A DNA stretch of 63,848 bases, the filler included, from Globobulimina sp. (lineage: Eukaryota), in NCBI GenBank assembly GCA_003354225.1. It is 42 parts of 42 records of this genome, joined end to end, with 100 filler letters (N's around TTAATTAATTAA, not from the genome) between each part and the next. Parts side by side here need not be neighbours in the genome. Positions count along the whole stretch, not along the records: positions 10,666 to 12,088 come from PIVH01016901.1; positions 12,189 to 13,611 come from PIVH01016902.1; positions 13,712 to 15,134 come from PIVH01016903.1; positions 15,235 to 16,657 come from PIVH01016904.1; positions 16,758 to 18,180 come from PIVH01016905.1; positions 18,281 to 19,703 come from PIVH01016906.1; positions 19,804 to 21,226 come from PIVH01016907.1; positions 21,327 to 22,749 come from PIVH01016908.1; 34 more parts are not named here. The stretch is one strand, 5' to 3'. The translations under genes and the position numbers were made by a program. The notes beneath the pieces were generated by a model that was given only the letters and a program-made list of their open reading frames with translations, had not been told where the DNA came from and did no database searches. Numbering within the stretch: the stretch's first letter is position 1; every line of letters begins with the position of its first letter. This document shows, piece after piece, positions 10,666 through 23,529 of the stretch.

Positions 10666-12088
10666 AGCAAGAACCACTTATTCCTGCACTCAACAGCCAT
10701 GAGACGAACATCTTTTTTTTTATCATCAACAACATCCAACAACGTTTTTGTAACTTTTTTTTCCATTTTATGCAACACATTATATTCCAAATTAGTTACT
10801 AATATTAAACATTTCAATGCAGATAGTCGCACTTTTTTATATCTTTTATATTTTGTCAATTGCAATAATATGGGAATTATAGTTTGAATGTACGGTATGA
10901 TGCAATCCAAATTGGTTTCAAATAAGATTTCAAATAAATATAATACGGATATTCGTAAACTATCCAACGAGGATTTAAATGACTCGATAATTAATGGTAA
11001 TAATTGCGATAAATGTGAGGTTAACACAGCATTTGGTACATTTTTCATTAAATAACAGACTGCCAACAATAAGTTAACATTCTCTTCATTTTTATTTTGA
11101 TTTTTCTGCAATTCACTCACAATGTATTTGATGGTTTGAATGAAGAATTTCTGTTTATACAAACTGCATATTTTGCACTTATTTTTTTTATTTAAAATCG
11201 ATAGCGATTTATGCGATTTGTCATTGATAATAATATCAAATCCAAATGACGCTATTTCTCCCATTCTTTTATTTTTTGATAATAAGCATTTACATAAATA
11301 TTCAATTAAAAATTGCAACTTTTTACTTTCTTTGTCTGTGTAACAAGCGATTGATAACGATTTAATTACAAATATTATGTAATATAAACATAAACAATTT
11401 GCGTTCTCTATTCCTCGCAAAACCAATTCAAACTCATTGCTGTTTAAATAGGCATTGATGACACTGTTCGACTGACATTTATTTAATATGCAACCAACAC
11501 ATTCAAAATAATAATTCATCATTTTCACACCAATATTTTCTTCATTTTTCAACAAATATTGTTGTAAATTTATAATGAATGTCAATAAATTATTATCACT
11601 CTCAGCATATACTGCATCGGTGCAGGCAATGCATAGTAATTGGATTAATAATTTATATTCATTAAAATCAGTGTTATTACTATTATTTAATTCATTTATT
11701 GCATATTTAGCCAATTTTAGTTGTGTTTGATTGGAGGAAATCGCAATAAATTTAGAGATCATTTGGCTTAAAAGAAAAAATAATTCATTTTGGTGTCTGT
11801 TATGTTTTGATAAATTATTATATGGGAAATGCATAATTAATCCGCTCAAAAACTTATCAATTAATACATCATCAAAGTCGCTAAAATCATCATTATAATC
11901 CAAAATAACATTTATTTTCTTGACACAAGATTTGATGCAAAGCAATGAGTGCTTCTCTTTTGTGTCAATTGTTTGCAATAAGCATAAATGCAATGAATCC
12001 ATAATCAGTGATAATAAATGATAAAAAATAAAATTATTTTGCAAACATGATGGCGCAATGGAATCAATGCATATTTTTAATGTGTTTA
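10666..12088 (-). CDS. MMS19: MMS19 (cytosolic Fe-S assembly/NER) C-terminal HEAT region, partial
   Basis: LYKQKFF, LMKNVPNAVL..LLPLIIES, VRLSALKCL and DDKKKDVRLMAVECRNKWF. Confidence 0.85.
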
Positions 12089-12188
12089 NNNNNNNNNNNN
12101 NNNNNNNNNNNNNNNNNNNNNNNNNNNNNNNNTTAATTAATTAANNNNNNNNNNNNNNNNNNNNNNNNNNNNNNNNNNNNNNNNNNNN

Positions 12189-13064
12189 AACATAATAACA
12201 ACCAACAATTATGCCTGTGTCCCTGCCTATTTATGCCAGGTTGGCCTGCAAAACCAAATGGAATCATTGACAAAATTAGCAGTCTCATTGGCGCACCAAG
12301 CAAAGCGAGAATTTGCTGCAGAAAATAAAGAAAGTGTCTCGGAGTCAGATATAAAAATCGCAGGCTGCATTCCGCCGTTAACGGCCAGTTACAGGCCAGA
12401 TTTGCGTTTATCGGAGCAACTGTCATTAAAATATTATTCTCGAATTGTGCGCTCATTGCAAAGTGGCAAAGGTGTGGACATATTTTTAATTGAAACAATG
12501 GGATGTTGCGACGAAGCGTTGTCTGCATTGCGAGCAATTTCATGCCATCAATGTGGAGATCAGAACGCCGCAAACAATGCACAAATTTTTGTCTCATTTT
12601 CATTGAATGAGAATGGTAACTTGCGTTCGGATGAAAATATGAATGATGTGATTGAGAAATTGCAAGAATGGATGGAATATTGTAATATTTCGATAATAGC
12701 AATGAATTGTTGTTCTCCTGAATCGATTGAAAGAGCGCTCACAAATATAAATGGAAAATCATTGCAAATATTGCGGACATATAATGTTTTTATGGGTGTG
12801 TATCCGAATGGAACTGTCGAAATTGATAAAAAATGGACATTGCAAAATAGTGGTTTCAATGCAATACGAAAGGATTTGCCGCCAAATGTGTTATATAATA
12901 AATTTTATAGAGAATGGATCCGAAAATATTACAAAACAAAACGACTGCGATTGCTCGGCGGATGTTGCAATGTGGAACCGTGTCACATGAAATATTTGGT
13001 TGACAATGCTAACAATGATTTTCCGAACTTAATGTCTACAAAATCAGTAAAGAGTAAACTTTAA
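12189..13064 (+). CDS. Homocysteine S-methyltransferase family protein, 5' partial
   Basis: AGCIPPLTASYRPD, DIFLIETM, MNCCSPE, GVYPNG and GGCC zinc-binding motifs. Confidence 0.85.
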   Translation, partial: NIITTNNYACVPAYLCQVGLQNQMESLTKLAVSLAHQAKREFAAENKESVSESDIKIAGCIPPLTASYRPDLRLSEQLSLKYYSRIVRSLQSGKGVDIFLIETMGCCDEALSALRAISCHQCGDQNAANNAQIFVSFSLNENGNLRSDENMNDVIEKLQEWMEYCNISIIAMNCCSPESIERALTNINGKSLQILRTYNVFMGVYPNGTVEIDKKWTLQNSGFNAIRKDLPPNVLYNKFYREWIRKYYKTKRLRLLGGCCNVEPCHMKYLVDNANNDFPNLMSTKSVKSKL

Positions 13065-13711
13065 TTCAACTTGTTTGTAGAAAGAAAAAAGTATTTTGAA
13101 GAAATGCGATGAAAATCAGTGTTGCTCATCTTCTGATTTATACTCAGCATCATGGTCAGTTTCAAAATCCGCATCAAAATCATAATTATTTCGCATAATT
13201 ATCAACATATGCTGTATATAGAATTTCATTTGAAAATATGTGTAAGTGTGGAGGTAAATTGTTTTCTTGCAAAGAAGTAAAGTTTTCTTCAAGTTTTTAT
13301 TATTTGTTTGTAAAAAGTACATTCTGTCTTCTGTCGTCCAAACCACACCAAGACCAAATCCAATCCAAAACCCAAGCTTTTTTTTTGAATCCATCAAACC
13401 ACAACCACGACCATACTACTCTTGTCTGCCACATTATGGATACCAATGACTATAAAGAAAACAATAGCAAAAACCAAAAAGAAGCTTATTATTATACCAA
13501 TGTGCAAGATATCAGCATTGAGCCTGGTGAGGATTTTATTAAATGGAAACAGTTAACAAAAGAGTTGCTAAAGGTAAATTATATTATTGTACATATTTAT
13601 ATACACAACTTNNNNNNNNNNNNNNNNNNNNNNNNNNNNNNNNNNNNNNNNNNNNTTAATTAATTAANNNNNNNNNNNNNNNNNNNNNNNNNNNNNNNNN
13701 NNNNNNNNNNN

Positions 13712-14021
13712 TTGAACTTGAACTTGAAGTGCTTGCTGATGCGGAAAATGAATTGGTTGCTGATACAGAAGCGTCATTGCTTGCGGATATCGAAAATGAG
13801 TTACTTGCTGATACAGAATCTGAACTACTGACTGATATAGAACTTGAATTGCTTTCTGACATCGAGTTCGAAGCTGAATTGCTTTCTGATCCAGAATCTG
13901 AACTCTGTGAATTATAAGAACTTGAAACAGAAGTTGTAGCACTGAAAGAATTTGAATCTGAACCCAAACATAGCGAATATGATAATATACTGCATAATAC
14001 CAATACTGCCATCATATTCAT
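13712..14021 (-). CDS. Secreted Ser-rich low-complexity protein, N-terminus
   Basis: Hydrophobic signal peptide followed by Ser/Asn/Ala repeats. Confidence 0.55.
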
Positions 14022-14051
14022 CAAAAACTGTTTCCTGTTTTAGGTCTTGGT

Positions 14052-15134
14052 TTGTGCTGGGTTTGGTTTGCCGCGATAATGAATAGTTTAGTGAATAACT
14101 TCAGTGAATCAAAAATGCTAATCCTGCTGATAATCTCCACGATTGTAATGACATTATGTATTTTATTACATTACCGTCAACATTTTGAATGGAAACCATG
14201 CAACTCAAATTCCCACAGATTAAAAGCTGAAATCCGTGCAAGTACAAAGGATGGGATCAGTTCACTCTATCAAATTAATTGCTGTTGTACGACCAAACCT
14301 GATCAAGAATTTGACTTTTTCCCACTCTCATTTCTATTGTATATGATATTTATGCTTACAATATCCATTTTAATTGTATCTAAATACATTTATGAGGAAA
14401 CACCAGCAGTTAACATGTTTTATCATCACGATAAATCGTACAATATTTACACAAAACTGACCATATCACATATAAACGATTTATCTTCATTGGTTTTATT
14501 ATCATATTTAGATTGGATTATATACATTTTAATTGTTTTTGCAATGTCTTGGGAGTCATTGTTTTCATTTTACCGCTATTACACCACCGCAATGTCTGCA
14601 AAATATTGTTATTCGCTCAGCTTTATAGACATATTAAAACATTTCGTTATTTATCTGTTAATATACACATTATTCTTCATCATACAGACACAAATATATT
14701 ATTTTCTATTTCCATTCATTTTAGTTTTATATGCGAGTATAAATATTTATTGGATATCGAAATCATCAAAAATAATTATTAAATCAGTGCAACATATTAC
14801 CAGATTAACAGACAAGTTACAAACAGATAACTTACAAATCGATTTACTTTCCAGTGTACGTTTGCTGCGGAATCTAAATATTTTATCATTAGTACTCACC
14901 CTCATATATATTGCTTTATTTATCATACTGTATAACATTAAAATAGTTTATTACTTCCCTTGTATATGGAGCATATCAATGGTCTTTTTTGTTTGCAATT
15001 TTATCAGAAATCGTCAATTTATTGCAAACATCCGTTCGCATTGCAATTGTAAACAACAATTTGCGTCGGAATTAGTGAATAATTTCCCTTCTGCCATACC
15101 ACGAACAACAGTCACCGAGTTAGAGCAAACTGAA
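14052..15134 (+). CDS. Multi-pass membrane protein, possibly 7TM receptor-like
   Basis: About 7-8 hydrophobic segments and an FYRY motif after a TM segment. Confidence 0.5.
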
Positions 15135-15235
15135 NNNNNNNNNNNNNNNNNNNNNNNNNNNNNNNNNNNNNNNNNNNNTTAATTAATTAANNNNNNNNNN
15201 NNNNNNNNNNNNNNNNNNNNNNNNNNNNNNNNNNT

Positions 15236-16033
15236 AGAAAATATAAAAGCAATGAATATTATTGGAAAGTATTCGTATTTGGTTCCGAAGCATTTAATAT
15301 ACGCAGCAAAAATTCCGATATTGATATTGCGATAAAATTACCATTTGAGACATGTAAAAGTACTAAAAAATATTTATTGAAAGGATTGACCAAAATATTA
15401 GATTCTAAAAAAGAATATAAATATCAAGCAATATTACATGCAAAATATCCCATTGTAAGAATGGAAAAAATGGCAAAAAATAGTAAATTGTATCAATTTG
15501 ATATTAGCATTGCTGATGAATATTGTCTAAAAACTAAAGAAATTATAAATGATTTAATGAATAAATATGCGAAGTTAAATATTCCTGTTCGAGAATTGAT
15601 TGTTTTTATCAAATATTGGTCCAAACAATGTGGTATAAATAATGCGTATAAACGATATTTAAACTCATTTGGATATACAATAATTGTTATTAAATTTTTA
15701 AATTATATCATAACAAACAAAGCATTAATATTTAAGAGTTTGTCTTTTTTGGTGTATGAATTCTTTGCATTTTATTGTAATTGTTATGAAGGTCGAAAAT
15801 ATTCAATACAGATTGTGAATTGTGTACATAATCAGATATTTGATACAAAAGTAGATAATCAAAGTGTGATGGAAATAATTGATCCCATAAACAATAATAA
15901 TATTGCTAAAAATGTTGGAGTTGATGAGTATAATCACATTATAAAAGAATTTAACAGAGCATATGATATATGCAATGTGTTTAACACCAAAGATTCAAAA
16001 TCATTGTTTCATTCCTTAACTCAACGCAGATGA
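15236..16033 (+). CDS. Non-canonical poly(A)/terminal uridylyl transferase (Cid1/PAP2 family), 5' partial
   Basis: The frame upstream of the ORF call reads VFVFGS..SDIDI; also AKYPIV, FDISI, IKYWSKQCGIN, LNSFGY and IIDP. Confidence 0.85.
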   Translation, partial: RKYKSNEYYWKVFVFGSEAFNIRSKNSDIDIAIKLPFETCKSTKKYLLKGLTKILDSKKEYKYQAILHAKYPIVRMEKMAKNSKLYQFDISIADEYCLKTKEIINDLMNKYAKLNIPVRELIVFIKYWSKQCGINNAYKRYLNSFGYTIIVIKFLNYIITNKALIFKSLSFLVYEFFAFYCNCYEGRKYSIQIVNCVHNQIFDTKVDNQSVMEIIDPINNNNIAKNVGVDEYNHIIKEFNRAYDICNVFNTKDSKSLFHSLTQRR

Positions 16034-16759
16034 CATAAATTATAAGTTATAACAATTTATATTACTTTTTTCGTTGAAAAATAAATAATTGGTATTCCGA
16101 TATCATATCAAATAATGTGCAACAAAATAAACAAATGGTATCGGAAAATCTAAAACTTAAATTTGAACGAATTCGTCCATATCATGCATAAAGACACGAA
16201 TTATCAAACCCTATTACCCCTATTACCCCGTTTTTTTGCTGTAGAACGTGTAGAAACAATATGATTTTACTTCACTTTATAACAAATTATACAAATATTG
16301 TGTGAAAGTCAAGGGTTTGAACGATTCACATTGTTGCAATAGCTGGCTGTTGTAAAATTGTTGCAAGTCATGTTTTTGTTGCAATTCCTGGTGTTGCGTC
16401 TGTAACAATACATATTTTTTGCGCAATTCATTGTATTCTGCACTCAATTTGCACACGTCAATAACTCTTATCATTGATGGAATTTGCATTGTAAAATGGT
16501 GTCGGCGAGAAAACGTTTTACATAAAGCAAGTAGCAACTTAAGAATGGGCAACAAACACGGAAAGGGAAATGATGAGAAGAAATCGAAGGATACAAAACC
16601 ACCAGAAAAGGTAGCAAATATATCCAATTCTCAACAAAAAGGAATTCTAAAACTTTGNNNNNNNNNNNNNNNNNNNNNNNNNNNNNNNNNNNNNNNNNNN
16701 NTTAATTAATTAANNNNNNNNNNNNNNNNNNNNNNNNNNNNNNNNNNNNNNNNNNNNAT

Positions 16760-18180
16760 GCACAACCATATGATCAACCATTAGATAAATTTGTTGCCAA
16801 GCTAATCAGAAAGAGTCCTAGAAAAGGTTGTGAATCAGAGAATGGCGAGTTGTTTTTGGATTTGTGCAATAATCACCTTAGTGTGATCACCTCGATCGAA
16901 CACTATGCCCGCACATTTAAATGCAATGTGTGCGGGCATTCTTTTAAGAGAAACTCGGCAGCCCGTAAACACCAGGAAAAATGTTTCAAACTGCAGGAAA
17001 GCAGAGCAAAATTCCCGGGTGGGGCTTATAAAGTGCCAGAAACTTTGTTTGATCGATTGGAACAGCTGGGTATTGAAGTGGAACCAGAGGATCGATTTTC
17101 GCCATACTTTAGGTAATAAAGATTTTGTATAAAATTTTTATTGATTATGACAGCATTATTGTCTTTTTCAGCGCTTATGATTTTGAAACTGTCAACAAGA
17201 TTGTTGCAGAAGACAGCAAAAACGTCACAGCAAAGCTTACATTTGAAAAAGTTCTTGAACTTTGCTCTTGCAGTGTCATTAGTTCAGTTCCTGGTTTTGA
17301 AAATGCTGTTTTCATTCGTCGACAAACGACAGTTGCTGATTTTATAGCAAGATTTGTCAGTTATCTGTCCGAAATAGCAGACCAGTCGGAATTACTGCAG
17401 AGAAAAAGACTGTCTCATTTGTTTGAACAACTTGAAACAAAAATGATTCATGCCAAAGAACAGATGGATGATAGTGCTGATGTGGACATTGGAGATTTTC
17501 ATGCCACTCTCCTGAAACGTTGTGAGAATGTCAAAAAGGAACTTGATCAGTATGTGGATAGACATATATACTATGCCTTCAATGGTTCTAGATTTGATCT
17601 GAAAGTGGCCAAGGTGGATTTGGTGAATGAACTTGTTAACAACAGACATATGGCGATTCAGCAAACAATCAAACGCAATGGAGGTTATGCAATGTTGAAC
17701 ACTGAGAGATTTTCCTTCAAAGACATGGCGTCGTTGTTGGGTCCTGGAACCAGCTTGCAAAATTTCTTTCAGTCTTTTGATTTGCCTGTATGCAAATGGT
17801 CTTTCCCATATGATTACATCACTTCTCTATCAAAATTGGATGAGACCGAATTCCCTCCATACTCAGTGTTCTGGAATTCACTGAAAAGCTGTTATCTTGT
17901 GACAAAAGAACAATATGATGAGATAGCTCTGTGGTATAGTCAAAACGCTGGTTGTATTTGGGACTACATGCAAGAATATAATAACAGAGATGTTGTTTCC
18001 ATGATTCCTGGACTTGAAAAATTGAGGCAGTTCTGGAAAGATTACTAGATTATTAGCATGGTAAATCAAGGAATCTCATTATCCTCTCTCAGTTCGAAGT
18101 TAATGTTCAGTTTGGAAACCGCTGACAAACCATTTATTTGGATTCCTCGCCAAGATTCAAGTTTTGTTTACAAAATGGCG
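16760..18180 (+). mobile_element. Protein-primed DNA polymerase B of Polinton/Maverick (adintovirus-like) type; intron 17113-17171; in-frame TAG at 18046-18048
   Basis: C2H2-like CNVC finger, FPGG, spliced PYFSAYDFE (ExoI), FNGSRFDL (ExoII), FPYDY, YNNRDV (ExoIII); the frame continues past the TAG as IISMVNQGISLSSLS. Confidence 0.85.
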
Positions 18181-18367
18181 NNNNNNNNNNNNNNNNNNNN
18201 NNNNNNNNNNNNNNNNNNNNNNNNTTAATTAATTAANNNNNNNNNNNNNNNNNNNNNNNNNNNNNNNNNNNNNNNNNNNNGATTGTTACTGCTGAAAACT
18301 TTGCTAAGTCAACAATGAGCGATGAACAATTAATCAACAACGAAGCGCAAAAACTAGCGCTGAATCC

Positions 18368-18596
18368 CACCAATAATGAGACAGAAACAAACACATAAAA
18401 TCAACTGCAAATCCACCAACAATGAGACATAAAATCAACAGCAAAGCCACCAACAATGAGACATAAAAACAAAGACAAATCCCACCAACAATGAGAGAGA
18501 TAAAAACAAAGACAAATCCACCAACAATGAGACATAAAATCAACTGCAAAGCCACCAACAATGAGACATAAAAACAAAGACAAATCCCACCAATAA
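18368..18596. repeat. 33-36-bp tandem repeat with two interspersed unit variants
   Basis: Constant CCACCAACAATGAGACATAAAA followed by either TCAACTGCAAAG-type or ACAAAGACAAAT-type tails. Confidence 0.9.
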
Positions 18597-19030
18597 ACAT
18601 CTTATTTTGGTAAACAACGAATTGTCGCATAGCTCAAGTAGAGCACCCAGAAGATTCAGGTTCAATTCCTGAGGCGACTTATTTATAAACTTCTTTGTCA
18701 TCCATTGTGCTCTTATCCACATCATCCCATTTATCCATCCGACTGATTACCGCGAGGCCACAAATATATTGATCTTCGATTGATTTGAAAATCGCATGTT
18801 CCTTTTTTCCAAAGTTCTCTTTGATTAAGGCAGCAACCTCTTTAAGAGCACCTACTGGGTTGCCACGGCATGCTCGAACCGCTAAGACGGGGAGACGTGT
18901 ATCATTGGGCGCTAATTGATTTGTAGGGAAAGATGACAATGGCAGCATGATTCACCAGAGTGAGTTTTTCTTTCTTTTAGTAGTCGAAGTCTGAGTCTTT
19001 GCAATTGCGTCGGTAAAATCAAAGACCAAC

Positions 19031-19570
19031 ATATTAGCGAATGGCACAGCGATTGATCAATACAGAATTATTGCGAGGATAGGAAAGGGAACAAACAGTT
19101 ATGTTTATTGTGCATCGACTGTGGTTGGGAACCAACAAAAGCTCAGAGCCCTTAAAGTAGCGACGACCAGTAAAGCCACGCAAAAATTAGAAAAAGAATA
19201 TGAAATTCTCAAAGCCCTTCCTAAATCAAATTATTTACCAGTCATCTATGAATATGTGTCATTAAAGAAAGATAAGCACATAGTCGATGGTGGGGCCATA
19301 TGTATGAAATTGTACGAATCAAAGAATCTTAGCATTAAAATCCAAAAAACCAAAGGAAAGATGTTAGGACCAATGCACGGCAGCATGTATGCAGCGGAAA
19401 TGGTATATTGTCTAGAGACCTGTCACAACGCAGGGATTGTGCATTGTGATTTGAAACCGAGCAATTTTGTAGCGCCACGCACCAAGTATTGGAAATACCA
19501 GACATGTTTGATTGATTTTGGTGAAAGTCAGCTGATAGAGACGGCAGGAAAACATTTTGTAGGACATTTT
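19031..19570 (+). CDS. Ser/Thr protein kinase, CK1/TTBK-like, partial exon
   Basis: YRIIARIGKGTNSYVY, ALKV, HCDLKPSNF and LIDFG. Confidence 0.8.
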
Positions 19571-20239
19571 CAGAAACGTTTTTCAAGAACCTTTTCAGAA
19601 AAGTTTCTCAGGAAAATTCTGGAAAGTTCTGACATTTTTTTTTACAAAAATTTTTCTTTTCCTAAAGGAATTTACTTAAGAATGTGTATAGGAGTTATTG
19701 ATTNNNNNNNNNNNNNNNNNNNNNNNNNNNNNNNNNNNNNNNNNNNNTTAATTAATTAANNNNNNNNNNNNNNNNNNNNNNNNNNNNNNNNNNNNNNNNN
19801 NNNTTACAGTACAAAGACATGATTGATGATACAACATATCTCAAAGTTATCCAACATGTGTTTTCAATATCTTTACAATTTAGAATTGATCAAATTGATG
19901 GCAATAAAATGGAAATGTTTTGCAAAGAATTACGGCAATTAGATGCAGAGATCATTCAAAATGAGGGGTGGAAAGAATTATTGATGCGTAAAATATTTGT
20001 GTTATTGATGCGTAAAATGTAAGATTGTAATGATTCTTTGTAGTTTGTCGAAGTTTGATTAAATGAATTTTAATAAACTTTTTAATTAATTAATTAATTA
20101 ATTAATAAAATATTACTTGTTTAATTAATTAATTGTATTATTTTTTTAATTAATGAATAAATGATTGATAATTAATTAATTAATTAATTGATTAATTAAT
20201 TGATTTGTGTTTCTAAGTTCTTAAGTTACTAAGTCTGCC

Positions 20240-21063
20240 ATGTTGCGAAGCTCAATTTCACAGCGTGTCGTAGAAAACAAATATTTCAACAGCAGTTGTC
20301 TGTATCATTCAATGCAACATCCCAAAACGCGAAGGGATGTAAAAGACAGGTATATGCATAACGGTATAAAAGTCTTTGTAACCGGAGTATGTTTAGAAAC
20401 ACAAACCGTTTGTGCCGTAATGTTTGTATACATTAGTATGTGTTATTTAATGTGGTTGTATTTGTTTGTTTAGGATACCTGTTGAATATTTTAATCCATA
20501 TTCGTACGAAGATGTATGTTTTTCAATTCCTGTGGATATTTATGAATCATGGGTGAAATATGGTGCTTTGAAAATGAAGCATATACGAGAAATAATACAC
20601 CAATATTCGTTGGATAATGAAAATTATCCTTATTGGGCAGTTCCGGTGATACCAAAGGATAGCAGCGGTCCAAGATATGTTAAAAAAAGTGCAGTCTTAG
20701 TGGTGGAAGCTATATGTTCCGCCTGTGTAAGAGATGGTTGTCCGCTAAAGTATGTGCTGCTATTTTTCTTTTTTGATGGCAGTTAACTCAAATCCATCTA
20801 TTTTATGTTGTAGAATTAATATCAGATTTTATGAGGCATATTTACGAGATAAAGTGTGTGTATGTATTCGATTTGAGAATGCGCCATGTTGTCATCCTGT
20901 GGGATATATTTATTTTAAACGTGGAATGACTGTGTTTAGTCATTTAATTACAGGGGCACCATCTGCATTGTATCGCAAATCAATATCAAACAATAATTCA
21001 CGATTTTCAAATCTTCTACTCAAATTGGATGCAAAATTGCCATTCTCCATTTCTCTCAGTTGA
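20240..21063 (+). CDS. Three-exon hypothetical protein (introns 20350-20473 and 20750-20813)
   Basis: Two GT-AG introns join three ORFs in frame; Cys-rich CSACVRDGCP..CCH segment. Confidence 0.5.
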
Positions 21064-21924
21064 GTGGTTGTAAATGGTGGCAGCTATATGTTTTCAACAG
21101 TTTTTTAGTTAAATGGCTAAATCAAATTCTAATTCTGTCAATATGTAATCAATCAAATATTTAATTAATTAATTAATTAATTAATCAAAAAATCAATTAA
21201 TTAATTGATCATTTAATTAATTATTTNNNNNNNNNNNNNNNNNNNNNNNNNNNNNNNNNNNNNNNNNNNNTTAATTAATTAANNNNNNNNNNNNNNNNNN
21301 NNNNNNNNNNNNNNNNNNNNNNNNNNATGTGTCTTGTGACTACGGGACGATGGCTGGTGGTTTAGAAGCGTTTAGAAATGAAAAGGCAGTGACCCGGCAT
21401 CATAATGGATGGCCAACTATGAAAGCCTCGTTTGCAAAGAAATTAAAATATGATGAGAATTGGAGGTTGCATGGTTCGTATAGAGGGCAGGACTGCCGCT
21501 TCAATACGGACGCATATCATGAAGGTGCTAAAATATTTCATGTTGGAGCTTATTTAGGAATGTACTGTCATCACTAGTATATCTTTCATGTTGTGACTAC
21601 TGTAATAGTTTAATGCACGTTGCTTGTTTTTCTTTCAAGTATCGATCATTTGATTTCTTGAGTTCTGAAGGATGTCATGTCAGACTAGCTCACTTGAAGA
21701 AAATCTTAATATCCGAGTCTTTTTATGCTAGAATGCAGCTAGATTTGTACGTCTCTTCTTTCATATGCTAGAATCCTGGAAAATCTATCCTTGCACTGTC
21801 ATCTCTGAATAACACATCACAAAATTAAATGTATCAATATAGAATTAAGAATTTATAGATTATTAAAAGCACTCGTAAAATTTTTTTTGATCCACGTTAT
21901 TTGATTATAATTATTATCAAATCA

Positions 21925-22644
21925 TTACAAGTGCTCATCATCAAATGTTTTCGCTGCATCTTGGTCGCCAGTGGGTGTATTTTGGGCAACGTATACTTTC
22001 TGTTTCAGTGCACTTACTTTCCTTTGAACTTTGAGTATTTTAATTAATGCAAATAACGCCAATATAATTATTGGAAACAATAAACCCCAACAAAGTTGTA
22101 ATATTACTTCCGAATCTGGTTTGCTTCCATCAGTGATTAATTGATGAATTATACTATATGCTAAACCCAATGATAATGATATCTTGGTTATCACCGCAGG
22201 AATCTTTACAATGCAATTATTGTATATTAAAACAAGACAATTTTATAGGTGGACATACCAAAAAATCAGGGTTGAACACTGTCATTGCCCCAACAATACC
22301 GGCACCAATTTCGGCCATCGCAAGTTGTAATTGGTATGGTGAAGAATCTCTGTCTAAGCTTTCAGCGGACGCTTTGGAGCCAACTAATTCTAATAAGCCA
22401 TATAATATAGCTATTACTCCTGTGGCTGCAACCATTCCTTTATCATACAATTATTTTATAATAAAAAGCATTCTGTACATTACAAATTAGAGAAACCTGT
22501 TAAAAATATAAAGACAATGGTTGGCTTGTTTCGATCTTCTTTTTCAGTCTTTTGAATCATCCACATTGCATAAATAAGAATAGCAACCACTGTTATATAG
22601 ATTTCTAAACCGGGGATATCATACAAAACAGCTAAAATGGCCAT
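21925..22644 (-). CDS. Small multi-pass membrane protein, DUF6790-like; introns 22438-22496 and 22204-22258
   Basis: ATG at 22644; 59-nt and 55-nt GT-AG introns give a continuous frame with SSPYQLQLAMAEIGAGIVG. Confidence 0.6.
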
Positions 22645-23529
22645 GCTCCGTCAATTTTATTCATCGTCAGAAAGTTTTTAGACGTACGCGTTTTCAGGGG
22701 ACTAATCTGAGTAAATAGTTCTCGCAAAACATGAGTTCACAAAGAAGACNNNNNNNNNNNNNNNNNNNNNNNNNNNNNNNNNNNNNNNNNNNNTTAATTA
22801 ATTAANNNNNNNNNNNNNNNNNNNNNNNNNNNNNNNNNNNNNNNNNNNNGTTTTTGGTTTGTTGTTGTTGTTTGTTATTGGTATTCTGCTGTATGATGTA
22901 TTTGTTTGGTGATTTTTGTTTTTTTGGGTGATTTGGATATTGATGGTTTGCCGGAGGTGCTTGGGGGTTGTAACTCTCACAATTCTTGTATGAGGTCACC
23001 AGAATACAGCGTTGCTTTAAAGTAAAGCTTTTTTTTCCTTTCAAGACTTTATCGAACGTCGAGCGTATGGTTTAAGTAAATTATACTTTACTTGAAAGGT
23101 TTTCACAGAAGAGAAGAAAAAAATGAAAGATAAAAAAAACTCTTTCAAAACATTCATAACTACCTAAAAGGCGCCACAGTCGACGTACACACCTCACACC
23201 TCGATAAAAAGCACTCAATAAAGTTTTTATTTCACAAAATATGTTTATTTTCGGTGCTTTTTTGGTGGTATTATTGTGTGTCAATATATACTTTATGTCG
23301 TATGTATATTGTTGTAAATCAAGAGGTAGAAATGGTCGATTTGTAAAAGTAGATTTTGATGAGGAAAATAATTGTTTAAATAAATAACTTATTCTGTAAT
23401 TATATATTTATATTTTTATTAATATTTGTTTAAATAATTTATTACGTTATTTTAATTAATTGCATGTTGACTGAAACACTGACTGAAACAAAGTTTTTCT
23501 AAAATCAGGGCACCACGACTTGTATTATC

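Noticed and set aside
18368-18596. CRISPR-like constant repeat with variable spacers
   Set aside because: Only two short spacer types recur; it is a minisatellite.
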